A DNA stretch of 64,000 nt from positions 630,019 to 694,018 of the forward strand of contig CAXXJM010000001.1 in NCBI GenBank assembly GCA_963666475.2, in the 5' to 3' direction. The notes beneath the pieces are model-generated. The model saw only the letters and a program-made list of their open reading frames with translations, was not told the DNA's origin and searched no databases. Shown piece after piece: positions 47,600 through 56,634 of the stretch. Numbering within the stretch: position 1 is the first letter of the stretch; every line of letters begins with the position of its first letter. Position numbers and translations under genes: made by a program. Source of the stretch: Lachnospiraceae bacterium. Its GTDB lineage: Bacteria > Bacillota > Clostridia > Lachnospirales > Lachnospiraceae.

Positions 47600-47635
47600 A
47601 ATGGTATATCGATATATTTATATCGATATACCATT
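47600..47635 (-). terminator. Perfect 17-bp inverted repeat, probable terminator of the LysR gene
   Basis: AATGGTATATCGATATA-TT-TATATCGATATACCATT, followed by TTTT on the minus strand. Lies between the LysR stop and the rex promoter. Confidence 0.55.
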
Positions 47636-47660
47636 ATTCATTTTAAATTATAAGTGCATA

Positions 47661-48584
47661 CTATTCAAGTACATTTGCATATTTTTTTATATAAGCAATA
47701 AACTCACTTTCGATTTCCTTGCGTTTATGCTCTCTTCGATAAATCAAAACATCCATGTATTCTTTTTGATGATCGATAACTTGTTTTTCTACCAAATGAT
47801 ATTGTTCTTTGATCCTTTGAGGTATTGGTGAAACCCACATATAGGTATGGTCCATCTCCGAAAGAAGATCCATTTGACTTGCTCTTTCAAAGACAAAAAT
47901 TCGTTTATTAATATGTTCGGAGAATTCTGCCTTTTTCACATCCATAAAACTGAGTTCTGGAACATATGGATCTGGATGCGCGATTTCAATTTGTTGTAAA
48001 AGATCCTTTGTGCAAACTTCATCAATTAACGTACAGGGATTTTTTTCAGACATCAATGCACGAATTGTGAAACGAGAAAGCAACTCTGACTCCAAATTTT
48101 TTTCCTTTAATAATTTCTTGAAATTTCGATCAAAACCACTTTGATAGCGAATAACTGCCAACTGATATTCTCCCTGAATCAAATTTTCAATCGCCTGCAT
48201 TGCATTTGTTTCTTTATAGTAGATATCAATTGGTTCCTTCTCATCTAACTGTTTAACAAAATCAGCAAAGGCCGCACTGATATAAGTAGCTCTTGGAACA
48301 GCTACTGCAATTTTTTGTTTCACACGCTCCTTCTCATGATAAATAGACTCAACTTCGTCAATCTGAGAAAGGATTCCCTTTGCGTGGGACAAGAATACCT
48401 CACCATCTGGGGTAATGGTAATCCCTTTTGATGTTCTTCGAAAAATCATAATCCCAAGGCTTTCTTCTAATTCTTTTACTGCCCTGCTAAGATTTGGCTG
48501 ATTCATATAAAGATTTTCAGCCGCTTTACTTATGGATTTCGTTTTTTCGATTTCAACGACATATCTTAAATGTAAGATATTCAT
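47661..48584 (-). CDS. LysR-family transcriptional regulator
   Basis: N-terminal HTH (LRYVVEIEKTKSISKAAENLYMNQPNLSRAVKELE) plus a substrate-binding domain. Confidence 0.9.
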   Translation of the reverse strand: MNILHLRYVVEIEKTKSISKAAENLYMNQPNLSRAVKELEESLGIMIFRRTSKGITITPDGEVFLSHAKGILSQIDEVESIYHEKERVKQKIAVAVPRATYISAAFADFVKQLDEKEPIDIYYKETNAMQAIENLIQGEYQLAVIRYQSGFDRNFKKLLKEKNLESELLSRFTIRALMSEKNPCTLIDEVCTKDLLQQIEIAHPDPYVPELSFMDVKKAEFSEHINKRIFVFERASQMDLLSEMDHTYMWVSPIPQRIKEQYHLVEKQVIDHQKEYMDVLIYRREHKRKEIESEFIAYIKKYANVLE

Positions 48585-48605
48585 ATTCTATCGACCATCC
48601 TCCCT

Positions 48606-49214
48606 TTATAATCCTACTGTATCGTTATCCTCTTCATCCTTTGGAGCTCCAAAGCGAATTTCAGATGCTTCCTCTTCCGCCTGTGTTTTAAACTCATCCA
48701 TTTGATCAGAATTTACCTGTGGAAGGTCTTCTAACGACGATACTCCAAATGCTCTTAAAAATTGTTCGGTTGTACCAAATAAAATAGGTCTACCAGGAGC
48801 ATCTTTTCTCCCCAATTCCTGTACCAGTTCATACTCAACCAATCGATTCACTGCATGGTCACAACTCACTCCACGTATCCCTTCGATTTCAATTTTAGTA
48901 ATTGGTTGTTTATAGGCTATAATAGACAACGTTTCTAGTACTGTATCCGATAAAGAGTATTTTCTAGGAGTTTTTGCAATCTTAATTAAATGCTCATACA
49001 TATCAGGTTTTGTACACATTTGATAATTACCATCAATTTCCGTAATTGTGATCCCTGCATTTCGTTCTTCATATTCCATCTGTATTTCTTCAATAAGTTC
49101 CTGTGTAATACTTTCACTTTCTTCAACGACTGCCGCAATCTTTGATAATTCTACAGAATCTCCCATAGCAAATAAAATTGCTTCAATAACTGATTTCTGG
49201 TTCGATCTTTCCAT
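48606..49214 (-). CDS. scpB: Segregation and condensation protein B
   Basis: 202 aa. EAILFAMGD, ETLSIIAYKQPITK, GRPILFGTT. Confidence 0.9.
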   Translation of the reverse strand: MERSNQKSVIEAILFAMGDSVELSKIAAVVEESESITQELIEEIQMEYEERNAGITITEIDGNYQMCTKPDMYEHLIKIAKTPRKYSLSDTVLETLSIIAYKQPITKIEIEGIRGVSCDHAVNRLVEYELVQELGRKDAPGRPILFGTTEQFLRAFGVSSLEDLPQVNSDQMDEFKTQAEEEASEIRFGAPKDEEDNDTVGL

Positions 49215-49968
49215 CTGTTATTCCACTCTCACTTTCATAAATTTCTATATCATCAAACAATTCATTTTGTTTGGTTGTGATTTCTCCAACTTTCATCAGT
49301 TCCAAAATAACCAAAAACATAACAATAATATCCATTTTTGTTTTTTGATCTTGCAAAAGTTTTTGAAAGCTAATTTTTTTATTCTTTGAGACCTCAGCAC
49401 GCACAAATAAAAATTTATCATCAATATTTACTTCATCTTTTTCAATCTTTCCAAACTTGCTTCTTACGGGGTCAATTTTATTTTCGCTACGTTTTAAAAC
49501 AAAATGAAAAATTTCCTGCATTTTTCCCAAAGTCACTTCGCCAATTAACTCTTCATAACTTACTGGTTCTCTATATTTTTTCACTTCATCTGGCAAAGTT
49601 TCTTCCTTATATAAAATCTTATCCGCATCTAATTGACGATCTTTTAGTTCATAAGACATATACTTATAAAGCTTGTACTCAATCAGTTTCTGAACAAGTT
49701 CCGCTCTTGGATCCTCTTCTTCACCAAATTCGTCCACCTCTTTTGGAAGCAACATTTTGCTTTTGATATTTATCAAAGTAGCTGCCATAACTAGAAATTC
49801 ACTCATTACGTTCATGTCTTGCTCTTCCATGGCATTGATATACTCCATGTATTGATTCGTGATTTCTACAATTGGAATATCATATATATCAACTTTATTT
49901 TTATCAATTAAATGTAATAACAAATCCAACGGTCCTTCAAAGACCTCGAGTTTTACGGCTAATGCCAT
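49183..49968 (-). CDS. scpA: Segregation and condensation protein A
   Basis: FEGPLDLLLHLI motif. Start at MALAVK (49968), which follows GGAGGAACGGAGT. Confidence 0.9.
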   Translation of the reverse strand: MALAVKLEVFEGPLDLLLHLIDKNKVDIYDIPIVEITNQYMEYINAMEEQDMNVMSEFLVMAATLINIKSKMLLPKEVDEFGEEEDPRAELVQKLIEYKLYKYMSYELKDRQLDADKILYKEETLPDEVKKYREPVSYEELIGEVTLGKMQEIFHFVLKRSENKIDPVRSKFGKIEKDEVNIDDKFLFVRAEVSKNKKISFQKLLQDQKTKMDIIVMFLVILELMKVGEITTKQNELFDDIEIYESESGITDGKIEPEISY

Positions 49969-49985
49969 ACTCCGTTCCTCCAAAA

Positions 49986-50843
49986 TTAGTTTTCTTTTTT
50001 GATTTCAACAGTCACAAGTTCACAAGGATTAAAAATCCTCACTGGAAGGGTATGCGCACCCAATCCTCTGCTAATAATCATTTTACCATACTTCCCATGC
50101 TTCATACCACCTGCAAATTCAGTAAAAAAACGTAAAGACGCTGAAATAAACCCTCTTGAACCAGGTAATCTTAAAAGCCCACCATGATTATGTCCAGACA
50201 ACGTCAAATCGAACTTCCATGCGTCATACGAAGAAAAGTAATCTGGATTGTGTGCTAGCGCAATTTGATATAAATGTTGATCCAGTGAATCCGTAAGTGA
50301 ACCCACATTCAACACCATGCGATGTCTATGCTTCCCTTTTTTCTGATAATAGAACATCCCGATCGACAACCCTGTGATACGGATTCCAAACTCCGGTAGT
50401 TCGATCGAATCGTTGTCAAGAATATGCAAATTATCATGATGTATCGCATGAATAAATTTTGGATATAAACCATGATACGACTTTTCATTATTTTTCGCGC
50501 GTTCTTCATGATTTCCCAATGCAAAATATACGGGATAATTCCCACACAAATGTTTCATTACTTCTTCAGCATGAACGTTTCGTTTTGCAGAATTCGCGAT
50601 AATCATATCCCCTCCAACAAGGATAATATCCGGATTTTGTCGATCAATTTCCTTAAAAAGCCTATGATTGCCTTGTCCAAAAACGTGATTATGAAGATCT
50701 GAAAGGAAAACAATTTTTATATCTTTATTAATTTTTCCCGAACTTAGTGAATAGACAACAGTACGTAGCCTATAACCGTCAATTGCTGATGCTAAAATCG
50801 CAAATAAAATCAACCCTAGCAAAATCTCTAGAAAAATTTTCAT
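49986..50843 (-). CDS. Membrane-anchored metallophosphoesterase (YkuE-like)
   Basis: N-terminal TM segment; motifs LSDLHN, GGDM, GNHE, GHNHGG. Confidence 0.8.
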   Translation of the reverse strand: MKIFLEILLGLILFAILASAIDGYRLRTVVYSLSSGKINKDIKIVFLSDLHNHVFGQGNHRLFKEIDRQNPDIILVGGDMIIANSAKRNVHAEEVMKHLCGNYPVYFALGNHEERAKNNEKSYHGLYPKFIHAIHHDNLHILDNDSIELPEFGIRITGLSIGMFYYQKKGKHRHRMVLNVGSLTDSLDQHLYQIALAHNPDYFSSYDAWKFDLTLSGHNHGGLLRLPGSRGFISASLRFFTEFAGGMKHGKYGKMIISRGLGAHTLPVRIFNPCELVTVEIKKEN

Positions 50844-50866
50844 TCTTTACCTCTTATTTATAAAAA

Positions 50867-50888
50867 AAGTTCCAATTGCTTGGAACTT
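50867..50888 (-). terminator. Rho-independent terminator after the DUF1113-like gene
   Basis: On the minus strand: AAGTTCCAA-GCAA-TTGGAACTT followed by T7. Confidence 0.7.
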
Positions 50889-51478
50889 TACCACCATCGA
50901 AACTTAAAGTTTTGATATTTTTCTCTAATATTCTCTTTTTGTTTTTCCATGTCAATCCCCACTGCAACCAGAAAGTGATAGACAAAATCAAAAAAGATTA
51001 TGGCAAGTACTATTTTAATAATACGTACACCTACAGGTACCTGTAAATAATCAATACTCTTAATGATCCACTGATTTAAGTATTTAACAATTAAAATACC
51101 ATATATTCCCCATGCCAGAGTGCTCTCTAAACATAGTATTCCTTTATAATTCAGCGGTTTGTTCGTATAATCCCACCAAAACTTTCCAAACAAAGAAAGC
51201 ATCATCTTTGCCACAATAAACTCAAAGGCAGTCGCAAGAATTGCTGAAACAAAATACAACAATACGACTGAATCAATCAATGGCGTTAATATAATTGCGC
51301 CTATTGTGCCTCCAAATCCATAAATTGGGCAAAAAGGTAAAAACGTGAATCCTCTATTTGTAATCTTTTTATTACAGATTGACATATAAACGGATTCTAC
51401 GAACCACCCTAAAATACTATAAATCACAAAACTAGCAATCAAATGATACAAATCAGGAACAAAAAATACACCTCTCAT
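50888..51478 (-). CDS. Polytopic membrane protein, DUF1113 / putative ABC-transporter type IV family
   Basis: ILGWFVESVYMSICNKKITNRGFTFLPFCPIYGFGG matches my recollection of this family signature. Confidence 0.55.
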   Translation of the reverse strand: MRGVFFVPDLYHLIASFVIYSILGWFVESVYMSICNKKITNRGFTFLPFCPIYGFGGTIGAIILTPLIDSVVLLYFVSAILATAFEFIVAKMMLSLFGKFWWDYTNKPLNYKGILCLESTLAWGIYGILIVKYLNQWIIKSIDYLQVPVGVRIIKIVLAIIFFDFVYHFLVAVGIDMEKQKENIREKYQNFKFRWW

Positions 51479-51523
51479 ATATCCCCCAGCCCTTACACTT
51501 GCAAACTAAAAATTGCAAAACTA

Positions 51524-51555
51524 AAGTCCTTAGCACTCGAATGCACCAAGGACTT
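51524..51555 (-). terminator. Terminator hairpin after rpsU
   Basis: On the minus strand: AAGTCCTT...AAGGACTT stem followed by a T-rich tract. Confidence 0.55.
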
Positions 51556-51559
51556 AACA

Positions 51560-51736
51560 TTAGTTATATTTGCGTTTTCTTGCTGCTTCAGATTTTTTCT
51601 TGCGTTTTACGCTTGGTTTTTCATAGTGTTCACGTTTGCGGATTTCTTGTTGAATTCCAGCTTTCGCACAACTTCTCTTGAATCTGCGTAATGCGCTATC
51701 TAAAGTCTCATTTTCTTTAACTATTACATTTGACAT
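51560..51736 (-). CDS. rpsU: 30S ribosomal protein S21
   Basis: Not in the ORF track (58 aa, below the cutoff). Manual translation: [70 protein letters not shown] upstream. Confidence 0.9.
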   Translation of the reverse strand: MSNVIVKENETLDSALRRFKRSCAKAGIQQEIRKREHYEKPSVKRKKKSEAARKRKYN

Positions 51737-51808
51737 GATATCACACCTAACCTCCCTCCAGCCCTTATATTGTACGACTGTACGGGTATTTTCTTATATT
51801 CAAATAAT

Positions 51809-51836
51809 ATTATATCAGAAAATCACTATTCGTCAA
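51809..51836 (-). promoter_or_regulatory. Promoter of rpsU
   Basis: On the minus strand: TTGACG (51836-51831), 16 nt, TATAAT (51814-51809). Confidence 0.55.
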
Positions 51837-51849
51837 CTCTTTTTGACAA

Positions 51850-54495
51850 TTATTTATTAAGAAGCTCTTTCGCTTTTGCAAATGCCGCCGGAATTCCAGA
51901 AGCATCAGTTCCACCCGCTTGTGCCATATTATCTCGGCCGCCACCGCCGCCACCAACAAGTGGAGCGATTTGTTTTACGATATTTCCAGCATGAGCACCT
52001 TTTGATATGGCAGCTTTCGAAGCCATGACCAATAAAGTGACTTTTCCTGCGTTTTCGCTGGCAAGAATAATCACACTTGTCTCATAAGAATCTTTCAGCT
52101 GGTCTCCTAGATCTTTAAGTGCATTATTATCCACGTCTTTTAACGCTTTTGCAATCACAGATATACCACCGATTTCTTCGACATCATTAGAAATATCACC
52201 AAGCGATTCTTGAGCAAGCTTACTTTTTAAGGAATCATTTTCAGACTGCATCGCTTTTAATTCAATCATCAATTGATCAACTTTGCTTAATACGTCTTTC
52301 TTGGAGGTTTTTAAAGTCTCTGCAATTTTCATGATTTCTTGTTCAAGTTCATTGTAGTATGCATGAACCCCTTCGCCTGTCAAAGCTTCAATACGTCTAA
52401 CTCCTGCGGCAATGCCAGATTCAGAAACAATTTTAAATGCTCCTATTTTTGCAGTGTTCGAAACATGTGTACCACCACATAATTCAACTGAAAAATCACC
52501 CATCTTCACAACACGGACATCATTTGCATACTTTTCGCCAAACAAAGCCATCGCTCCTGTCTTTTTTGCATCTTCTATAGACATAACTTCTGTCACTACA
52601 TCATAAGCAGACATAATGGAATCATTTACGATTGCTGCTACTTTAGAAATCTCTTCTTCTGTTAAAGCGGCGAAATGAGAAAAGTCAAAACGAAGTCTGT
52701 TTTCAGTAACCATGGAACCAGCCTGTTCAACATGTTCACCAAGTACCAATCGTAGTGCTTTTTGTAACAAATGTGTTGCAGAATGATTTTTACAAATCTG
52801 TGCTCTTTTATTTTGATCAACTTTTAAAACAACGCTTTCATTCATACGAATCATTCCATAATCCATATAACCGATATGACCGATTTTATCTCCTGGTAGT
52901 TTCATGGTATCCGAAACAATAAATACACCATCAGAAGAAGTAATACGTCCTGTATCTGCTGATTGTCCACCCATTGTAGCATAAAAAGGAGTTGTTTTTG
53001 TAACAATTGTTCCTTTTTCTCCCGAAGTCAATGCTTCAACAATTTCAGTTTCAGTCGTTAATGCAACCACTTCACTACGAAGTTCTAAATGTTGATACCC
53101 ATCAAACTCAGAAAACAGCTCTGCATCTAGTTCTTCATATATAGTTGAATCAGCGCCCATATAGTTTGTTTCTTTGCGCGCTTCTCTCGCTTTATCTTTT
53201 TGTTCCTTCATGCATGTCTGGAAACCGTCTTCATCAATCGAAAACCCTTTCTCACTCAAAATTTCTCTCGTCAAATCAAGTGGAAAGCCGTAAGTGTCAT
53301 GCAATTTGAATGCATGTTCTCCTTTTAAAACAGACGAACCGTCTTCTTGCATTTCTTTTTCCATATCTGCAAGTATATCCAAGCCCTGGTTGATGGTCTT
53401 ATAAAACTTGCTTTCTTCCTGTGCAAGAACTTTTAAGATAAATACCTTTTTTTCTTCCAGTTCAGGATATCCATCTTTTGACTCTGCAATCACGACTGCA
53501 CTTAATTCCGCCAAAAACTCTCGGTCAATACCAAGTAACTTACCATGTCTAGCCGCACGTCGAATTAATCTTCTAAGAACGTAGCCACGGCCTTCATTTG
53601 AAGGCATGATTCCGTCCGAAATCATAAAAGAAGAAGAACGAATATGATCGGTAATCAAACGAATCGAGATATCATCTTTATCATTACTGCGATAAGATTT
53701 TCCAGCTATTTCACACACTTTGTCTCGAATCGCTTTCATGGTATCAATATCAAATACAGAATCCACATCCTGTACCACTGCAGCAAGACGCTCCAATCCC
53801 ATTCCTGTATCAATATTTTTTTGCTCAAGTTCGGTATAATTTCCATGTCCGTCACCATCATATTGAGTGAATACGTTGTTCCATACTTCCATATAGCGGT
53901 CACATTCGCACCCAACTTTACAGTCTGGACTTCCACAACCATATTTTTCTCCACGGTCATAATATATTTCTGAACAAGGACCACAAGGACCAGCTCCATG
54001 CTCCCAGAAATTATCGCATTTTCCATTTTCATCGCGATAGAATCTTGTGATTCTTTCAGGTGCAACACCGATGTCATTTACCCAGATATCAAACGACTCA
54101 TCATCTTCAAAATAGATGGATGGGTATAAACGCTCCGGATCCATTCCAATCACTTTTGTTAAAAATTCCCAGCTATATGCAATGGCTTCTTTTTTGAAAT
54201 AATCCCCAAAAGAAAAGTTTCCAAGCATCTCAAAAAAAGTAAGATGACGAGCAGTCAACCCTACATTTTCAATATCACCAGTACGAACACATTTCTGACA
54301 TGTCGTCACACGTTTTCTTGGTGGAATTTCTTTTCCTGTAAAATAAGGCTTCAATGGAGCCATTCCTGAGTTAATCAGCAACAAACTATTATCATTACTT
54401 GGAACCAAAGAAAAACTATTTAATCGCAAATGATCTTTGCTTTCAAAATACTCTAAATACATCTTTCTTAGTTCGTTTACACCAAAATTCTTCAC
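51850..54495 (-). CDS. alaS: Alanine--tRNA ligase
   Basis: Full-length AlaS (FESKDH, editing domain HSATHLL, C-terminal DHHA1). Probable GTG start at 54495, which follows GGAGGA; the ATG at 54516 has no RBS. Confidence 0.95.
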   Translation of the reverse strand: MKNFGVNELRKMYLEYFESKDHLRLNSFSLVPSNDNSLLLINSGMAPLKPYFTGKEIPPRKRVTTCQKCVRTGDIENVGLTARHLTFFEMLGNFSFGDYFKKEAIAYSWEFLTKVIGMDPERLYPSIYFEDDESFDIWVNDIGVAPERITRFYRDENGKCDNFWEHGAGPCGPCSEIYYDRGEKYGCGSPDCKVGCECDRYMEVWNNVFTQYDGDGHGNYTELEQKNIDTGMGLERLAAVVQDVDSVFDIDTMKAIRDKVCEIAGKSYRSNDKDDISIRLITDHIRSSSFMISDGIMPSNEGRGYVLRRLIRRAARHGKLLGIDREFLAELSAVVIAESKDGYPELEEKKVFILKVLAQEESKFYKTINQGLDILADMEKEMQEDGSSVLKGEHAFKLHDTYGFPLDLTREILSEKGFSIDEDGFQTCMKEQKDKAREARKETNYMGADSTIYEELDAELFSEFDGYQHLELRSEVVALTTETEIVEALTSGEKGTIVTKTTPFYATMGGQSADTGRITSSDGVFIVSDTMKLPGDKIGHIGYMDYGMIRMNESVVLKVDQNKRAQICKNHSATHLLQKALRLVLGEHVEQAGSMVTENRLRFDFSHFAALTEEEISKVAAIVNDSIMSAYDVVTEVMSIEDAKKTGAMALFGEKYANDVRVVKMGDFSVELCGGTHVSNTAKIGAFKIVSESGIAAGVRRIEALTGEGVHAYYNELEQEIMKIAETLKTSKKDVLSKVDQLMIELKAMQSENDSLKSKLAQESLGDISNDVEEIGGISVIAKALKDVDNNALKDLGDQLKDSYETSVIILASENAGKVTLLVMASKAAISKGAHAGNIVKQIAPLVGGGGGGRDNMAQAGGTDASGIPAAFAKAKELLNK

Positions 54496-54562
54496 AATTT
54501 TCCTCCGATTTATCATCTAATCAATAGTACTATTATAGTTTTTGAGGTATGTTCTGTCAACG

Positions 54563-55486
54563 TTAAAAATGACCACCAGAACCACCATGGCTTCTTCCAC
54601 TTGAGCCAGTGTGTGAAGATGTTCCGCCTCCGGAACTTTGCTTTGGAATCGCTGTTCTTACAACGTTTGAAAACAAAAAGGAGTCTCGTTCTCTGGATAG
54701 ATGAAAACTTCCATTTTTAATATATTCTTTTGCAAAAGGCTGTGCCTTAGCAGTTTTCATACGTTTAACCGCAATGAACACAGCAACACCACCAATAATA
54801 AGTCCTATAATCACAAAACCCGTAAACACGTTTTCAGGATCTTCTTCTGAAGAGTATGATGCAGTTGTTTGCCCATTGCTATTGTTGACCTGTACACCAG
54901 TGTTGGCTTCTGTTTCAATTGTATCGTTATCCGTTGATTCCCCATATAAATGATTGGTATCATATGGCATCTGTTCATTTGCTTCTATCAAAAACTCACT
55001 GGTCAATCCAACAAATGAATTCATGGCACCAGCATAGTCCCCATTTGACAAACTATATGCACAGGCTTCTCCAATCAAATCCGTTCCATAATCAGTAAAT
55101 GCAATCATTCCATAACCAGTTGTAGATATCCAGTATTCACGAGATGTCATATTCACATAAAAAAGTATTCCATCATAGTTTTCGCCATAACCAAATCCAT
55201 TATAGTCATAGTAATCGTCTGCTGCTGCGGTAACTGTAGATTGAATATTTTCCGTTGTAAGATATATTACGACATCAAATTGATACTGATCCGCAATATT
55301 TTGAATGTTCTGACGAAGGGATTCTTCTTCACTCGTTGTTAAAAGGTCTGCCTGGTCATTGACACGATCCATTTCTGCATAAACGGTATTGCTACAAAAC
55401 AAAATTCCTATTCCAAGCAGAAACGCAAAAGTACTTACTCGAATCAGATTCCATTTTTTATAATTTATCGTACTAAATATTTTCAT
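54563..55486 (-). CDS. TPM-domain (YgcG/YdjH-like) membrane protein with Gly/Ser/His-rich tail
   Basis: Signal/TM segment, TPM signature VNDQADLLTTSEEESLRQNIQNIADQYQFDVVIYLT, a late TM segment, and tail GGGTSSHTGSSGRSHGGSGGHF. Confidence 0.7.
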   Translation of the reverse strand: MKIFSTINYKKWNLIRVSTFAFLLGIGILFCSNTVYAEMDRVNDQADLLTTSEEESLRQNIQNIADQYQFDVVIYLTTENIQSTVTAAADDYYDYNGFGYGENYDGILFYVNMTSREYWISTTGYGMIAFTDYGTDLIGEACAYSLSNGDYAGAMNSFVGLTSEFLIEANEQMPYDTNHLYGESTDNDTIETEANTGVQVNNSNGQTTASYSSEEDPENVFTGFVIIGLIIGGVAVFIAVKRMKTAKAQPFAKEYIKNGSFHLSRERDSFLFSNVVRTAIPKQSSGGGTSSHTGSSGRSHGGSGGHF

Positions 55487-55504
55487 GATGTATTCTTCCT
55501 TCCA

Positions 55505-56593
55505 CTACCCAAATAACGACAAGATTGCACCGATCAATGAAATTCCTGCAAATATTGAAAAAAACAATGCAACAGCCCGACCTTTATCAATAGGAAGTTC
55601 TCCAACGAATTTACCAGTCTGTCCATTCATTGCGAACGTATATGTCTTTCCTTTATAGGTCGAGCTAAGAAGCCAAACAGGAAATAATGCATACGAAATT
55701 TCACCTTTTTGTAAGTTAACATGCATTGATTCTGGTACACAAGTGCTATAACCATGAACTGTATCTGAAAACATACTCACTACACTATTCTCAATTCGTT
55801 CATTTGCCCTAGGAATACTTTCATCAGCATCCACATCATATTTATTTGTCAAAGTCCCAGCCAAATATGCTGTTTGGAACGGCGTCAGTTCCGAATAATC
55901 AAATGGTTCAATAGCCTCCATGTAAGCATCATCCATTTTTGTCGAACCATCTACAGGAACCTTTTCAAACTCCATTTGACCTTCACGGATAATACTATAA
56001 TGACTTGTTTTTGTATAACGATAATTGGAATCGCTCCAGGTATGAACTTTCGTCGCGCGATATCGAATTTTTGCATCTGTGGCGCAGTCAAAGAGCCAGA
56101 AAGGAACATATATACTCTTCACCTCATCAATATGTTGTTCTTTCGCAAAATACTTTGGTAGAAGAATTTTATGTTTCATGAACTCCTTCATTTTTTCTTT
56201 TACTACATTTTTATCTAATTTAAAAGGAATCACATAATCTGGACGAAACATACCGGATAACTGACTTTTCATGATCACAGCATTCCCACAATATGGGCAG
56301 TTAGTAGCTGAAACTGTTTCGTCAGTCACAATTTCACCCGCACAGGACTGGCAAACATATGAGTGCATATGATCTTGCTCTCCATCTTTCCAATCCCCAC
56401 TTCCACTTTGCTCATTATATGCTTCCCATTCCGGTTTAGCAGCTTCTGTAAATTTTAAATCTTCATCATATGCCTTTACACTTTCCATCTCAAATGTCGT
56501 ATCACAATACGGACATTTGAGTGTTTGTTCATGCATATCAAATTTTACAGCACCGCCACAATTCGGACATTTATATTCCATTAATTCACTCAT
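55505..56593 (-). CDS. Double zinc-ribbon membrane-anchored protein (YdjG-like)
   Basis: CPNCGG...CPYCDT and CQSCAG...CPYCGN ribbons, plus a C-terminal TM segment (AVALFFSIFAGISLIGAILSLF). Confidence 0.6.
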   Translation of the reverse strand: MSELMEYKCPNCGGAVKFDMHEQTLKCPYCDTTFEMESVKAYDEDLKFTEAAKPEWEAYNEQSGSGDWKDGEQDHMHSYVCQSCAGEIVTDETVSATNCPYCGNAVIMKSQLSGMFRPDYVIPFKLDKNVVKEKMKEFMKHKILLPKYFAKEQHIDEVKSIYVPFWLFDCATDAKIRYRATKVHTWSDSNYRYTKTSHYSIIREGQMEFEKVPVDGSTKMDDAYMEAIEPFDYSELTPFQTAYLAGTLTNKYDVDADESIPRANERIENSVVSMFSDTVHGYSTCVPESMHVNLQKGEISYALFPVWLLSSTYKGKTYTFAMNGQTGKFVGELPIDKGRAVALFFSIFAGISLIGAILSLFG

Positions 56594-56634
56594 TACTGCC
56601 TCCCTACATCGATCCCTTATTGTAAATTTGATTC

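Noticed and set aside
47600-47635. Perfect 17-bp palindrome considered as an invertible-promoter boundary or protein operator.
   Set aside because: It is a single hairpin with a 2-nt spacer followed by a T-run on the coding strand of the upstream LysR gene. No second distant repeat copy and no recombinase were seen, so the simplest reading is an intrinsic terminator.
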